Source of the DNA: Nitrospirales bacterium
GTDB taxonomy: Bacteria; Nitrospirota; Nitrospiria; Nitrospirales; UBA8639
Reading direction: 5' to 3'
Length of the DNA stretch: 64,000 bases
Assembly (NCBI GenBank): GCA_965223295.1
Contig: CBDCWC010000003.1
Span: 1,632,001-1,696,000, forward strand
Shown here: positions 28,916 through 38,674 of the stretch, piece by piece
How the letters are laid out: the number at the start of each line of letters is the position of its first letter
Position numbering within the stretch: position 1 is the first letter of the stretch
Position numbers and translations under genes: made by a program
Notes under the pieces: generated by a model
Told to the model about the DNA's origin: nothing
Databases searched by the model: none
What the model saw: only the letters and a program-made list of their open reading frames with translations

Positions 28916-31570
28916 ATGACCTCCTCATCTGATTGGTTACTACGAGCACTTGGCCGGCTAGCTGATTTTGTAAAGCATTGGGCCTGGTGGGTCCTAGCGT
29001 TGGCCATTTTTGTGACAGCCATTTCCTTGTCTTATGCGTTCATGTATTTAGGGATCAATACGAATACCACCGAGATGCTGGCTGCTGACGTACCCATTCA
29101 AGAAGCGCGCGAACATTATAGGCAAATTTTTCCTCAGAACACGGACTCTATTGTTCTGGTTGTTGAGGCTCGTACGCCGGAGATGGCCCATGCTGCTGTC
29201 AACACGCTTGATAGCATATTAAGGACTATGCCAGACCACATTAAGTCAGTTTATACACCATTCGGAGGATCATTTTTTGAAAAAAATGCTCTGTTCTATC
29301 TTAATGTTGCCGAACTTGAACATCTTTCGGAATCAGTGTCGACGTTACAACCCTTTATTAAAGAGTTGATGCAACAGCGGAATGTCTATGGGCTGTTTAC
29401 TCTCTTAGCAGATCACTATGATCGACTGCAGTGGGAGCAGGAACCCCTTCTGTTTGGGCTTTTTCAAAGAATGGCAGAAGGCATTCAGTCGAGTCTGATT
29501 GGCTTGGACTATGTGTTAGCCTGGCATTCCGTCCTACTGAAGCCAGATCGTCAAACGTCACAGACACGGCGGTTCATTTTGTTGCAACCTTATCTGGATT
29601 ATCAAAAGATGCTGCCAGCCGAAACTGCGCTTCAGGCTGTTCGTGATGTCATTCAAGAGTCGGGTGTGTCAAACATTCCGGGAGTCAGGGTCCGGTTAAC
29701 GGGAGAAGTGGCACTGGCGCATGAAGAGCTTCAGGTTGTTAGCCAGCGTGCAGGGATTGCCGCCGTTCTGTCTCTGATCATGGTCTGTCTCACTTTGACG
29801 CTGACCTTTCATTCATGGCGATTTATGATGATCACCTTGTTAACGCTGATAGTAGGGCTGGCCTTAAGTGCAGGATTTGCCACGGTCGTTGTTGGCCAAT
29901 TGAATATCCTATCCTTAGCTTTTGCGGTCCTCTTTATTGGGTTAGCGGTAGATTATGCGATTCATCTGAGTCTCCGGTACCAGGACCTTCTTACTTTGGG
30001 GAACGAGCCGTTTTTGGCCATGAGAAAGAGTCTGCAAGAAATTGGTCCGGCCTTACTGTTGTGCGCGGTGACCACCGGACTTGGCTTCTACACCTTCGTT
30101 CCAACAAATTACACCGGCATGTCGGAATTAGGATTGATATCAGGAACGAGTATGTTCATCGGGCTGGCCGTGTCACTGACGGTCTTGCCAGCTCTGTTCT
30201 TGGTCTTCCCCTTATCCAAAAAGGATTGTCGTTCCTCTTCTTCTCGCCGGGGCTTGGATGCTGTCTATCAATTTCCCATCCGTCATGGACAGGCCATTCG
30301 ATGGGGAACGGCTGTAATGTTTTTTGGCACTGTCCTCTTACTTCCTCAGGCTTCGTTTGATTGGAATCCTCACAATATACGTGATCCCAATGTCGAATCT
30401 GTTCAAACGATGGATGATCTTCTGGAGGACAAAAACGGAGGGACCTGGCCCCTGACTCTTTTGACCTCTGCGGACGAGATCGATGATGCCGTTTCCCGAC
30501 TGGAAGCCTTGAAATCCGTCGATAAGGTGGTGACGATCAATAATTTTATCCCGACAGATCAATTCGAAAAATTTGTGCTGCTCGCAGGGCTCGCGGATAG
30601 CATGCTACCTCAAGGGCTTGATACGAAGGTCTCAATTTCTCCAGACACTGATACCTCTCTTAATGCGATCCAATCCTTTTTGAGGAACCTAGAAGAATAT
30701 ATTCGGAAAGCAGAGTTGAGTCCTGAGCATTCTGCAGTCCATCTTAGGGATGCGCTGAAAAGTTTTGTTGAGAAGTTGAACGCTAGTGATAACGAAGTAC
30801 AGAAGAATCTGCTTGATCGTGTAGACCACAGTTTGTTGGGGTCTTTTCCGAATGACCAAACATCTGAGCAAGCGATTGCGATGCCGATGGGGCTCATCAC
30901 TCAGAAAGACCTGCCGCAAGAATTAGTTGAACGTTGGGTTGGTTCGAATGAAACGTACCGTCTGGAAGTCTATCCTAAAAAGGATTTGAGGAATCTCAAA
31001 GCCTTAGAAGAGTTTGTGAGCGACGTTCGTCGCATTGCTCCGCAGGTCACCGGTTTGCCTGTCATCTATCTGGATGGTGGCAATGAAGTAGCTGGAGCGT
31101 TCATGCAGGCTTTTGTCTCTGCACTGCTGGTGATAACGATTATCTTGGCGCTTGTCCTTCGAAATATTTGGGATATTCTATTAGTGATTCTTCCTTTGAG
31201 TCTAGCCGCACTCTGTCTGGTAGGGTATACGGTTATTTTTGACATGCCCTTCAACTATGCCAATGTGATTGCGCTTCCATTAATTTTTGGGCTTGGAGCA
31301 GATAGCGGTATTCATATTGTCGAGCGAATGCGAAGAAAGACAGAAGCCTGTGAAACATTTCTGCGGTCCGGGACCATCCGGGGAGTGTTTTTTAGCAGTG
31401 TGACAACCATGCTGAGTTTCAGCAATCTGGCTTATACGTCGCATGTGGGCATCGCCAGCATGGGACAATTGTTAAGCCTAGGGATTTTACTGACATTGAT
31501 TGGGTGTTTGGTGGTATTGCCTGCATTTCTCTATCGTGGCCAGCCGAAAGCGTCAGATATGGCTACCTAG
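28916..31570 (+). CDS. hpnN: hopanoid RND/MMPL transporter
   Basis: Two MMPL repeats: FAVLFIGLAVDYAIH and NYANVIALPLIFGLGADSGIH; LTGEVALAHEEL; lies in the shc cluster. Confidence 0.9.
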   Translation: MTSSSDWLLRALGRLADFVKHWAWWVLALAIFVTAISLSYAFMYLGINTNTTEMLAADVPIQEAREHYRQIFPQNTDSIVLVVEARTPEMAHAAVNTLDSILRTMPDHIKSVYTPFGGSFFEKNALFYLNVAELEHLSESVSTLQPFIKELMQQRNVYGLFTLLADHYDRLQWEQEPLLFGLFQRMAEGIQSSLIGLDYVLAWHSVLLKPDRQTSQTRRFILLQPYLDYQKMLPAETALQAVRDVIQESGVSNIPGVRVRLTGEVALAHEELQVVSQRAGIAAVLSLIMVCLTLTLTFHSWRFMMITLLTLIVGLALSAGFATVVVGQLNILSLAFAVLFIGLAVDYAIHLSLRYQDLLTLGNEPFLAMRKSLQEIGPALLLCAVTTGLGFYTFVPTNYTGMSELGLISGTSMFIGLAVSLTVLPALFLVFPLSKKDCRSSSSRRGLDAVYQFPIRHGQAIRWGTAVMFFGTVLLLPQASFDWNPHNIRDPNVESVQTMDDLLEDKNGGTWPLTLLTSADEIDDAVSRLEALKSVDKVVTINNFIPTDQFEKFVLLAGLADSMLPQGLDTKVSISPDTDTSLNAIQSFLRNLEEYIRKAELSPEHSAVHLRDALKSFVEKLNASDNEVQKNLLDRVDHSLLGSFPNDQTSEQAIAMPMGLITQKDLPQELVERWVGSNETYRLEVYPKKDLRNLKALEEFVSDVRRIAPQVTGLPVIYLDGGNEVAGAFMQAFVSALLVITIILALVLRNIWDILLVILPLSLAALCLVGYTVIFDMPFNYANVIALPLIFGLGADSGIHIVERMRRKTEACETFLRSGTIRGVFFSSVTTMLSFSNLAYTSHVGIASMGQLLSLGILLTLIGCLVVLPAFLYRGQPKASDMAT

Positions 31571-31685
31571 TTTTTTTTAACGTGTAGAAAACAATGGAAA
31601 TCAAGTATTGCCATGGTCGTCCACCTATTTAGTCCAACAAGAAGGTATGTTATGATGGTTAACCCCTCCAAAGAAAGAATTCAAT

Positions 31686-33320
31686 TTGTCCGCATCTAGC
31701 TCGCTCTTAACCCCGGCAGCAACGGTTCGAACATTTCGGCCGGTAAATGTTCGGCGTATACTCTGTGTGTTTCCAGCCTATACCAAAGCCTTTGGTACGT
31801 TTGACCATGCCTTTCCTCTTATGGGGCCGGTGAAGGCCTTTATGCCGCCACAAGGGATTCTTCTCATTGCCGCGTTGGTGCCCCAAGAATGGGAAGTCCA
31901 GTTTATTGATGAGAACATTCGTCCAGCTCGAGACAGTGAGTTGGCCTGGGCTGATGCTGTCCTGATATCGGGTATGCATATCCAACGTCATCAAATCCAT
32001 GACATTGCGCGCCGGGCTCATCTGGCAGGTAAGGTGACAGTGTTAGGGGGTCCATCAGTTTCTGCCGCGCCTGAACAATATGAAGATATTGATTGTTTGC
32101 ATTGCGGGGAAGTAGGGGATGCGACGCTGGACTTGTTCCGCCGGATTGATGAAACACCGGCACGTCCCGAGCAGCAACTGATCTTTCGAACAGTTGATCG
32201 GCTTCCGATGACAGATTTTCCGACTCCAGCCTATCGTCTGATAAACATCCGTCAGTATCTGCTCGGCAGTGTGCAGTATTCCAGTGGTTGTCCTTTTACT
32301 TGTGAATTTTGTGATATCCCTGCGCTGTATGGAAGAAATCCAAGACTGAAGACACCACAGCAAATTTTGACAGAACTGGATGAACTGGCCGATGGAGGGA
32401 CGCCTTCCATTTATTTCGTGGATGACAATTTTATTGCCAATCCCCGAGCCGCGCGTGAACTGTTGCCATATCTGGTGGAATGGCAGAAGTGCCGGGATTA
32501 TACGGTTCGCCTCTCCTGTGAACTCACGTTCAATGTGGTGGAATATCCCGATATTCTAGAGCTCATGCGTGAGGCGTTTATGACCAATATCTTTATTGGC
32601 ATCGAGACTGTGGACCCGGATGCGTTGCGAGCCATGAGTAAAAGGCAAAACGTTCGTACGCCCATGCTTGAAGCCGTGGACACGGTGAATAGTTACGGAA
32701 TCGAAATCGCTGCGGGCATTATCATTGGGTTGGATACAGATACGCCTGAGACCACTGACGCGATTATCGAATTTATTAAGGTTTCTCAGATTCCCATTGT
32801 GACACCGAACTTGCTAGTGGCTTTGCCGCATACCCCGCTCTACGAACGTCTTGAAAAAGCTAATCGCCTCAATTCGGGAGAAGGACGTGACTCGAACGTC
32901 GAGTACTTGCAACCGTATGATGAGGTCGTCGCAAATTGGAAGCGTGTCATTCGTGAAGCGTATGAACCACGAAATATCTACGCTCGCTATGCGGCGCAAG
33001 CCGAAAGAACGTATGTGCATCGGAAGCGGCCGACGCGTCCCTTGGATCAGTTGACGTGGGCGAATCTGCGTCGAGCGGTCGAAATTTTTGCGCGTACGGC
33101 TTGGCAAGTGGGTATTTGTAGCGATTATCGAAAAGAATTTTGGACCATGACCCGGCGAGAGTTAAAAGAGGGTAATGTTGAGTCAGTGTTCCAAATCGCG
33201 ATGGTAGCTCACCATTTGATCACCTTCGGGCGGGAATGTCTTACTCGCGATGTGCAAGCCTCAGCTTATTCAGCTCGTGGGAGAGATCTCAGTTTGTCCT
33301 ACGGCATCATTGTTCCGTAA
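31686..33320 (+). CDS. hpnP: hopanoid C-2 methylase (B12-binding radical SAM)
   Basis: RRILCVFP.YTK.FGTF, AFMPPQG, WADAV.ISGMHIQR, GSVQYSSGCPFTCEFCDIP.LYGRNPRLKTP, VAHHLI. By recall these segments closely match alphaproteobacterial HpnP. Confidence 0.88.
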   Translation: MSASSSLLTPAATVRTFRPVNVRRILCVFPAYTKAFGTFDHAFPLMGPVKAFMPPQGILLIAALVPQEWEVQFIDENIRPARDSELAWADAVLISGMHIQRHQIHDIARRAHLAGKVTVLGGPSVSAAPEQYEDIDCLHCGEVGDATLDLFRRIDETPARPEQQLIFRTVDRLPMTDFPTPAYRLINIRQYLLGSVQYSSGCPFTCEFCDIPALYGRNPRLKTPQQILTELDELADGGTPSIYFVDDNFIANPRAARELLPYLVEWQKCRDYTVRLSCELTFNVVEYPDILELMREAFMTNIFIGIETVDPDALRAMSKRQNVRTPMLEAVDTVNSYGIEIAAGIIIGLDTDTPETTDAIIEFIKVSQIPIVTPNLLVALPHTPLYERLEKANRLNSGEGRDSNVEYLQPYDEVVANWKRVIREAYEPRNIYARYAAQAERTYVHRKRPTRPLDQLTWANLRRAVEIFARTAWQVGICSDYRKEFWTMTRRELKEGNVESVFQIAMVAHHLITFGRECLTRDVQASAYSARGRDLSLSYGIIVP

Positions 33321-33541
33321 GTATTTGAACAATTTTCGCCTGCTCTCTTCCAAACTCAGACTTGTTGGCTCACAGCATACCTGTTCGTCGGCTAAACTCA
33401 TTCTGTGGCAAAGACTGGTGCTTGACACTTCTTAGCAGCTATGGGATGATTTTAGTTGTATTCATGCCTAAGTTCTGATGTTCTTCATGATTCCCTGACA
33501 AAAAGGCGGCGTTAGTTTTAGCCTAGAAGAAAGGAAGCCTT

Positions 33542-35440
33542 ATGTCCTTGTTAAAAAGGATTGAAAGTCCTACAGATTTAAAGAAGCTCTCTCCCGAACA
33601 ATTTCCTGAATTATGCCAGGAAATCCGCGAGCTGATCATCGAGGTTATCTCCAAGGTGGGCGGACATCTTGCTTCTAATCTTGGTGTGGTGGAGTTAACT
33701 GTAGCCTTACAGTATTTACTCAACACGCCAGAGGACAAAATTGTTTGGGATACCAGTAATCAAGCCTATGCGCATAAATTGTTGACGGGTCGTCGAGAAA
33801 AATTTCACACGATCCGCCAATTCGGTGGCATGAGCGGGTTCTGTAAGCGTGAAGAAAGCATGTATGACACCTTTAATGCTGGACATGCAGGCACAGGAGT
33901 TTCTGCTGCGGTTGGCTTTGTGGAAGCCCGCGAGAAATTAGGCCGTTCCAATAAAATTGTTTGTGTGGTAGGGGATGGCGCACTCACATCTGGCATGACA
34001 TTGGAAGGGTTACAGCATGCAGGGGATAAGGGTAAGGACCTTGTGGTGATTCTGAATGATAATCAGATGTCTATTTCTCGCAACGTCGGGGCAATCTCAG
34101 CATATTTAAACCGCACATTTACCGGGGAGTTCTACACGAGATTTCGTGAAGAAACCTCACAATTGTTGGATACCATTCCGCAAATTGGTGAAAACGTGAA
34201 GCGGATTGCCATGCGAGCGGAAGAGTTAGCTAAAGGGTTCCTGCTGCCAGGTCTCTTATTTGAGGAACTAGGCTTTCGCTATGTTGGTCCTATCGATGGG
34301 CACAATTTTGAGCATTTGTTGCCAACGCTTGATAACGTCCTGAAGCTGAAGGGACCAACGCTTTTACATGTGATTACCAAAAAAGGGTTAGGTTTTGAAC
34401 CAGCTATGGAGAATCCTGTTTGGTTCCATGCCTGCTCGCCGTTTGATTCAAAAACAGGCCGACCGGTCAAAAAGTCTGGGCATCCCTCTTATAGCGCCAT
34501 CGTTGCTGATACCTTGAGGCGTCAGGCACGTAAAGATCAGCGCGTGGTTGCGATCACGGCAGCGATGTGCGAAGGCACAGGCCTGTCCAGCTTCCAAAAA
34601 GAATTTCCCGAACGGTTGATTGATGTGGGAATTGCTGAGCAACATGCCGTGACCTATGCCGCAGGACTGGCAGCAGAACAAATGCGCCCCGTCATTTGTA
34701 TGTATTCGACGTTTCTGCAACGTGCCTATGATCAAGTGGTGCATGATGTCGCCACACAGAACTTGCCTGTGACATTCTGTATTGATCGAGGTGGACTCGT
34801 GGCGGAAGATGGAACCACGCATCATGGGGCCTTTGATTTTGCGTATCTTCGCCATGTCCCCAATATGATTGTGATGGCCCCAAAAGATGAGAATGAAGTT
34901 CAGCATATGGTGCAAACAGGATTGGTTCATGAGGGTCCTGTTGCGGTGCGCTATCCTCGTGGAAGCAGCTTAGGAGTGCCCTTGGATCCCGAGCCAATTC
35001 CTTTGGAAATAGGGCAAGGAGAACTCTTAGTTGAAGGAACAGATGTCGCCATTGTGGCTATAGGCGTGATGGTGTCGGAAGCCATCAAGGCAGCTGAACA
35101 ACTGAAAGACAATGGAATCTCTGCGGCAGTTATTAACGCAAGATTTGTGAAACCTTTGGATAAAGACCTTATTCGTGATGTGGCGAAAAATGTCAAATGT
35201 CTCATCACCGTGGAAGAAGGCTGTCGAATGGGAGGATTTGGTTCGGCTGTGTTAGAGTTTCTTTCCGAGGAAGAACGATGGGATTTGCCGACGAAGGTGC
35301 TCGGATTACCGGATTGGTATATTGAACAAGGTCCACAAGATTTACTTCGTGAAAAATACGGGTTAACGGCCGATGGGATTCATGATCAAGCCAAAGCTCT
35401 CGTCGAACGAGTCTCCCTGAAAACCATTTTACGTTCATAA
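33542..35440 (+). CDS. dxs: 1-deoxy-D-xylulose-5-phosphate synthase
   Basis: GGHLASNLG, GDGALT...NDN (TPP motif), DVGIAEQHAV, YSTFLQRAYDQ. Confidence 0.97.
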   Translation: MSLLKRIESPTDLKKLSPEQFPELCQEIRELIIEVISKVGGHLASNLGVVELTVALQYLLNTPEDKIVWDTSNQAYAHKLLTGRREKFHTIRQFGGMSGFCKREESMYDTFNAGHAGTGVSAAVGFVEAREKLGRSNKIVCVVGDGALTSGMTLEGLQHAGDKGKDLVVILNDNQMSISRNVGAISAYLNRTFTGEFYTRFREETSQLLDTIPQIGENVKRIAMRAEELAKGFLLPGLLFEELGFRYVGPIDGHNFEHLLPTLDNVLKLKGPTLLHVITKKGLGFEPAMENPVWFHACSPFDSKTGRPVKKSGHPSYSAIVADTLRRQARKDQRVVAITAAMCEGTGLSSFQKEFPERLIDVGIAEQHAVTYAAGLAAEQMRPVICMYSTFLQRAYDQVVHDVATQNLPVTFCIDRGGLVAEDGTTHHGAFDFAYLRHVPNMIVMAPKDENEVQHMVQTGLVHEGPVAVRYPRGSSLGVPLDPEPIPLEIGQGELLVEGTDVAIVAIGVMVSEAIKAAEQLKDNGISAAVINARFVKPLDKDLIRDVAKNVKCLITVEEGCRMGGFGSAVLEFLSEEERWDLPTKVLGLPDWYIEQGPQDLLREKYGLTADGIHDQAKALVERVSLKTILRS

Positions 35441-35446
35441 CTTCAT

Positions 35447-36631
35447 ATGCATATTGCCAGACGAAAAACCCGCCAGATCCAGGTGGGACCGGTCAAGATC
35501 GGCGGAGATGCGCCGATTTCGGTGCAATCCATGACCATCCCTCATCCCAGTGATGTTTCCGGGACCCTCGAACAAATTCGTCGCTTAGAAGAAGCGGGGT
35601 GTGAACTCATCCGAGTGGCGGTCCCTGATATGGAAGCGGCTCAGGCCCTCCCCAAAATAAAAGCTCAGATGACGGTGCCGCTCATCGCGGATATTCATTT
35701 TGATCATCGTTTGGCATTAAAGGCAGCAGAGGTGGTGGATTGTGTGCGCATCAATCCAGGGAATATTGGTCCTTGGTGGAAAACTGAAGAAGTCATCAAA
35801 GCCGTGAATGATCATGGTATTCCTCTGAGAATTGGTGTGAACGGAGGTTCACTGGAAAAGCCATTGTTAGACAAATATGGATATCCGACGGCCGAAGCCC
35901 TCGCTGAATCGGCTTTAAACGCGGTTCATGCATTAGAAGACGTGGGCTTTACTAATATGAAAGTCTCCCTCAAAGCGTCGGATGTGCATATGGCCATCGA
36001 CGCCTATTGGCTCTTTGCGCAGCAATCCAATTATCCCTTACATATTGGTATCACGGAGGCTGGTACAGCGATGACTGGCGCGGTCAAGTCCGCAATGGGA
36101 TTGGGGTGGCTCCTGTCTCAGGGCATTGGTGACACGCTGCGGGTGTCGTTAGCGGCTGATCCGGTTGAAGAAGTCAAAGTCGGTTTTGAGATCTTAAAAT
36201 CACTTGAATTGCGGCATCGTGGGGTCAATGTGATTGCGTGTCCTACATGTGGCCGCGTCGAAATTGACGTGGTGAAAATGGCCAATGAATTAGAGCATAG
36301 ATTAAGTCATATCACGAACCCCATCACGGTGTCAGTTCTTGGCTGTGTCGTCAATGGTATTGGGGAAGGAAAGGAAGCCGATATTGGGATAGCGGGTGGT
36401 CAAGGGGTAGGAATCATCTTTAAAAAAGGCAAACTCTATAAACGTGTACCTTCAGAAGAATTAATGGATACGTTGATCGAAGAAGTCGAAGTCATGGCAA
36501 AAGAGCAGGAGTCTGATAATTCAAATCAATCGGTTTCTATGGCCGATCCTGACGTTCTTCCAATCGATGATCTGTCTTTAGCCTCCACAGGGCGTTCCTC
36601 ACGAGACATTCCAGTTTTACCTCTCAGGTAA
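35447..36631 (+). CDS. ispG: HMBPP synthase
   Basis: VQSMT, ADIHF, RINPGN, CPTCGR, GCVVNGIGE. Confidence 0.97.
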   Translation: MHIARRKTRQIQVGPVKIGGDAPISVQSMTIPHPSDVSGTLEQIRRLEEAGCELIRVAVPDMEAAQALPKIKAQMTVPLIADIHFDHRLALKAAEVVDCVRINPGNIGPWWKTEEVIKAVNDHGIPLRIGVNGGSLEKPLLDKYGYPTAEALAESALNAVHALEDVGFTNMKVSLKASDVHMAIDAYWLFAQQSNYPLHIGITEAGTAMTGAVKSAMGLGWLLSQGIGDTLRVSLAADPVEEVKVGFEILKSLELRHRGVNVIACPTCGRVEIDVVKMANELEHRLSHITNPITVSVLGCVVNGIGEGKEADIGIAGGQGVGIIFKKGKLYKRVPSEELMDTLIEEVEVMAKEQESDNSNQSVSMADPDVLPIDDLSLASTGRSSRDIPVLPLR

Positions 36632-36673
36632 TCGTCGGTACTTCCTAAGAAGTAGAAGCCATCGTCCTCTCAG

Positions 36674-36703
36674 TTGTGCAAAACAAAAGCGACTTCGTAT
36701 AAT
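36674..36703 (+). promoter_or_regulatory. candidate sigma-70 promoter of tRNA-Cys
   Basis: TTGTGC-18 nt-TATAAT just upstream of the tRNA. Confidence 0.5.
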
Positions 36704-36714
36704 GAAGTTTAGAA

Positions 36715-36790
36715 GGCGCCGTACCCAAGTGGTTAAGGGAGCAGTCTGCAAAACTGCGATTCAGCGGTTCGACCCCGCTCGGCGCCTCCA
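36715..36790 (+). tRNA. tRNA-Cys (GCA)
   Basis: Acceptor stem GGCGCCG/CGGCGCC; anticodon arm GCAGT-CTGCAAA-ACTGC; GTTCGA T-loop; encoded CCA. Confidence 0.96.
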
Positions 36791-36871
36791 CGTATTGCTT
36801 TTCTCACAAATACAACATTTCTTGTTTTAGGTAGGACAATAGCGGGCTACGCACGTTGGAGTAGATCAGTA

Positions 36872-37888
36872 ATGGGTGTTCCTCTTTCGCAAATGTACAC
36901 GGTATCGCAATATGCGCTATCGAAGCATCTTCGTGGCATCAAGCGATATCCGCTCGTGTTAATGCTCGAACCCTTGTTTCGATGTAATTTGGAATGTGCC
37001 GGATGTGGGAAGATCCAATATCCTGATCATATTCTGAACAGACGTTTGACGCCTGAGCAATGTTGGACGGCGGCAGATGAATGTGGAGCGCCAATTGTGA
37101 GCATTCCTGGAGGTGAGCCTCTCATTCATCCAGAAATGCCAGCTATTGTCGAAGGCCTTGTGCAGCGGAAAAAATATGTTTATTTGTGTACGAACGCCAT
37201 TCTTTTAGAACGAAAAATTCAAGACTATATGCCATCAAAGTACCTGACCTTCAGTATTCATATGGATGGGCTGAAAGAAGAGCATGACCATGCTGTCTGC
37301 CGGGATGGCGTCTATGATGTAGCGGTGAAGGCGATTCGCGTTGCATTAGCCAAGGGTTTTCGAGTGACGACCAATACAACGCTGTTTGATGATGCCGAGC
37401 CATCTCGTGTTCGTCGATTCTTTGATGAAATGATGGAGTTGGGGGTGGAAGGCATGATGATTTCGCCTGGGTACAGTTACGATAAAGCCCCTGATCAGCA
37501 AAGCTTTCTGAAGCGGAATCGCACGCGGTCATTGTTTTCCCAATTGCTTACGCAACGTAAGCGAACCTGGCAGTTTAATCAGTCGCCGCTTTTTCTCGAG
37601 TTTCTCATGGGGAAGCGGGATTATGACTGCACGCCATGGGGAAATCCCACCTACAATATCTTTGGCTGGCAGCGTCCCTGTTACTTATTGCAAGAAGGAT
37701 ATGTTTCGACGTTTCGAGAACTCATGGAAGAAACAGAATGGGAGCGCTATGGGACTGGACGGCACGAGCAATGCCGGGACTGTATGGTGCATTGTGGCTA
37801 CGAAGCGTCGGCGGTCAAAGATACCTTTGGGTCTTGGAGTGGATTCTTCGGAACCGTTAGGGCCACGCTCTTCCCTAATGCAGTGTAG
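36872..37888 (+). CDS. hpnH: adenosyl-hopene transferase (radical SAM)
   Basis: YPLVLMLEPLFRCNLECAGCGKI, SIPGGEPL, CTPWGNPT, CMVHCGYE. Confidence 0.95.
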   Translation: MGVPLSQMYTVSQYALSKHLRGIKRYPLVLMLEPLFRCNLECAGCGKIQYPDHILNRRLTPEQCWTAADECGAPIVSIPGGEPLIHPEMPAIVEGLVQRKKYVYLCTNAILLERKIQDYMPSKYLTFSIHMDGLKEEHDHAVCRDGVYDVAVKAIRVALAKGFRVTTNTTLFDDAEPSRVRRFFDEMMELGVEGMMISPGYSYDKAPDQQSFLKRNRTRSLFSQLLTQRKRTWQFNQSPLFLEFLMGKRDYDCTPWGNPTYNIFGWQRPCYLLQEGYVSTFRELMEETEWERYGTGRHEQCRDCMVHCGYEASAVKDTFGSWSGFFGTVRATLFPNAV

Positions 37889-37962
37889 CGCTTGCCTCAG
37901 TCATTCCCCGGCCTACTTTTCCTATCGAACTGAGCCAAATCCTCTCGGAAAGGTCATAAGTT

Positions 37963-38307
37963 GTGAGTGACCAAGACCTTTCAGATAATCATCCACCGTC
38001 TTGGGAAGGGCATCGGTTGCCGACTCATACGGAGTCTGACTTGCAAGAGGCCCTTACTAGAGCCTGCGATTATCGAGGCGACGTAACCATTCATCTCAAT
38101 ACTGGAGAGCAGGTTATCGGTTATGTGTTTGATCGCCAAGAACGAGTTTCCGACCCTCATATTAAACTGTTTTTACCCAATCACACCGAGCCGATCACGG
38201 TGAGTTATCAGGATATTATTGAAATAGAATTTAGCGGAGAAGACACGGCATTTGGCCGATCCTGGGAAGATTGGGCCCAGAAGTGGCAAAAGCCAAAAGA
38301 GCCTTAG
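37963..38307 (+). CDS. hypothetical protein (Sm-like fold possible)
   Basis: DYRGDVTI...GYVFD...FSGEDTAFGRSWEDW; follows hpnH. Confidence 0.65.
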   Translation: MSDQDLSDNHPPSWEGHRLPTHTESDLQEALTRACDYRGDVTIHLNTGEQVIGYVFDRQERVSDPHIKLFLPNHTEPITVSYQDIIEIEFSGEDTAFGRSWEDWAQKWQKPKEP

Positions 38308-38450
38308 TCTTTTTCAGCTGTCTTCGTGGTTCCTCCCTCCTTTCTACAAGATTTTTTTATATTTCCGATATCCCACAATTCACCAATCCCTTTGGAAATG
38401 TTGCTACTCGAAAAATAGACATTTTCCGGGCAATTGAGTCTTTCACTAAA

Positions 38451-38674
38451 TGGCCTGTTGAAAAAAGCCGCCAGCGGCGTTCCCTGCCTTCGCCGGAGCG
38501 GCTTCGCGCAGGCAGGTCGACATTGTTCCGTGCTCACGTAGGACCAGGACGCTCCGTGCGCAAAAATGGCTGAGGCCTTGCTGGACGCCATTTTTGAAAA
38601 GCCCTGATGCTGTTGATGGCCAACCGCTTCCGGGCGAAATATGGCCCTTGATATCCTCATTATTCAACACTCCA
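38451..38674 (-). mobile_element. MITE-like repeat, copy D (inverted)
   Basis: Ends TGGCCTGTTGAAAAA / TTATTCAACACTCCA; flanked by CTAAA (38446-38450, 38675-38679); internal end at 38604. Confidence 0.85.

Noticed and set aside
31686-33320. Alternative call as HpnJ or the C-3 methylase HpnR
   Set aside because: The N-terminal FGTF/AFMPPQG/SGMHIQ and C-terminal VAHHLI segments match HpnP as I recall it; a phylogeny would be the final test.
2725-38674. Dispersed repeats as a CRISPR array
   Set aside because: Copies are kilobases apart, have TIRs and TSDs, show no repeat-spacer periodicity, and there are no cas genes.
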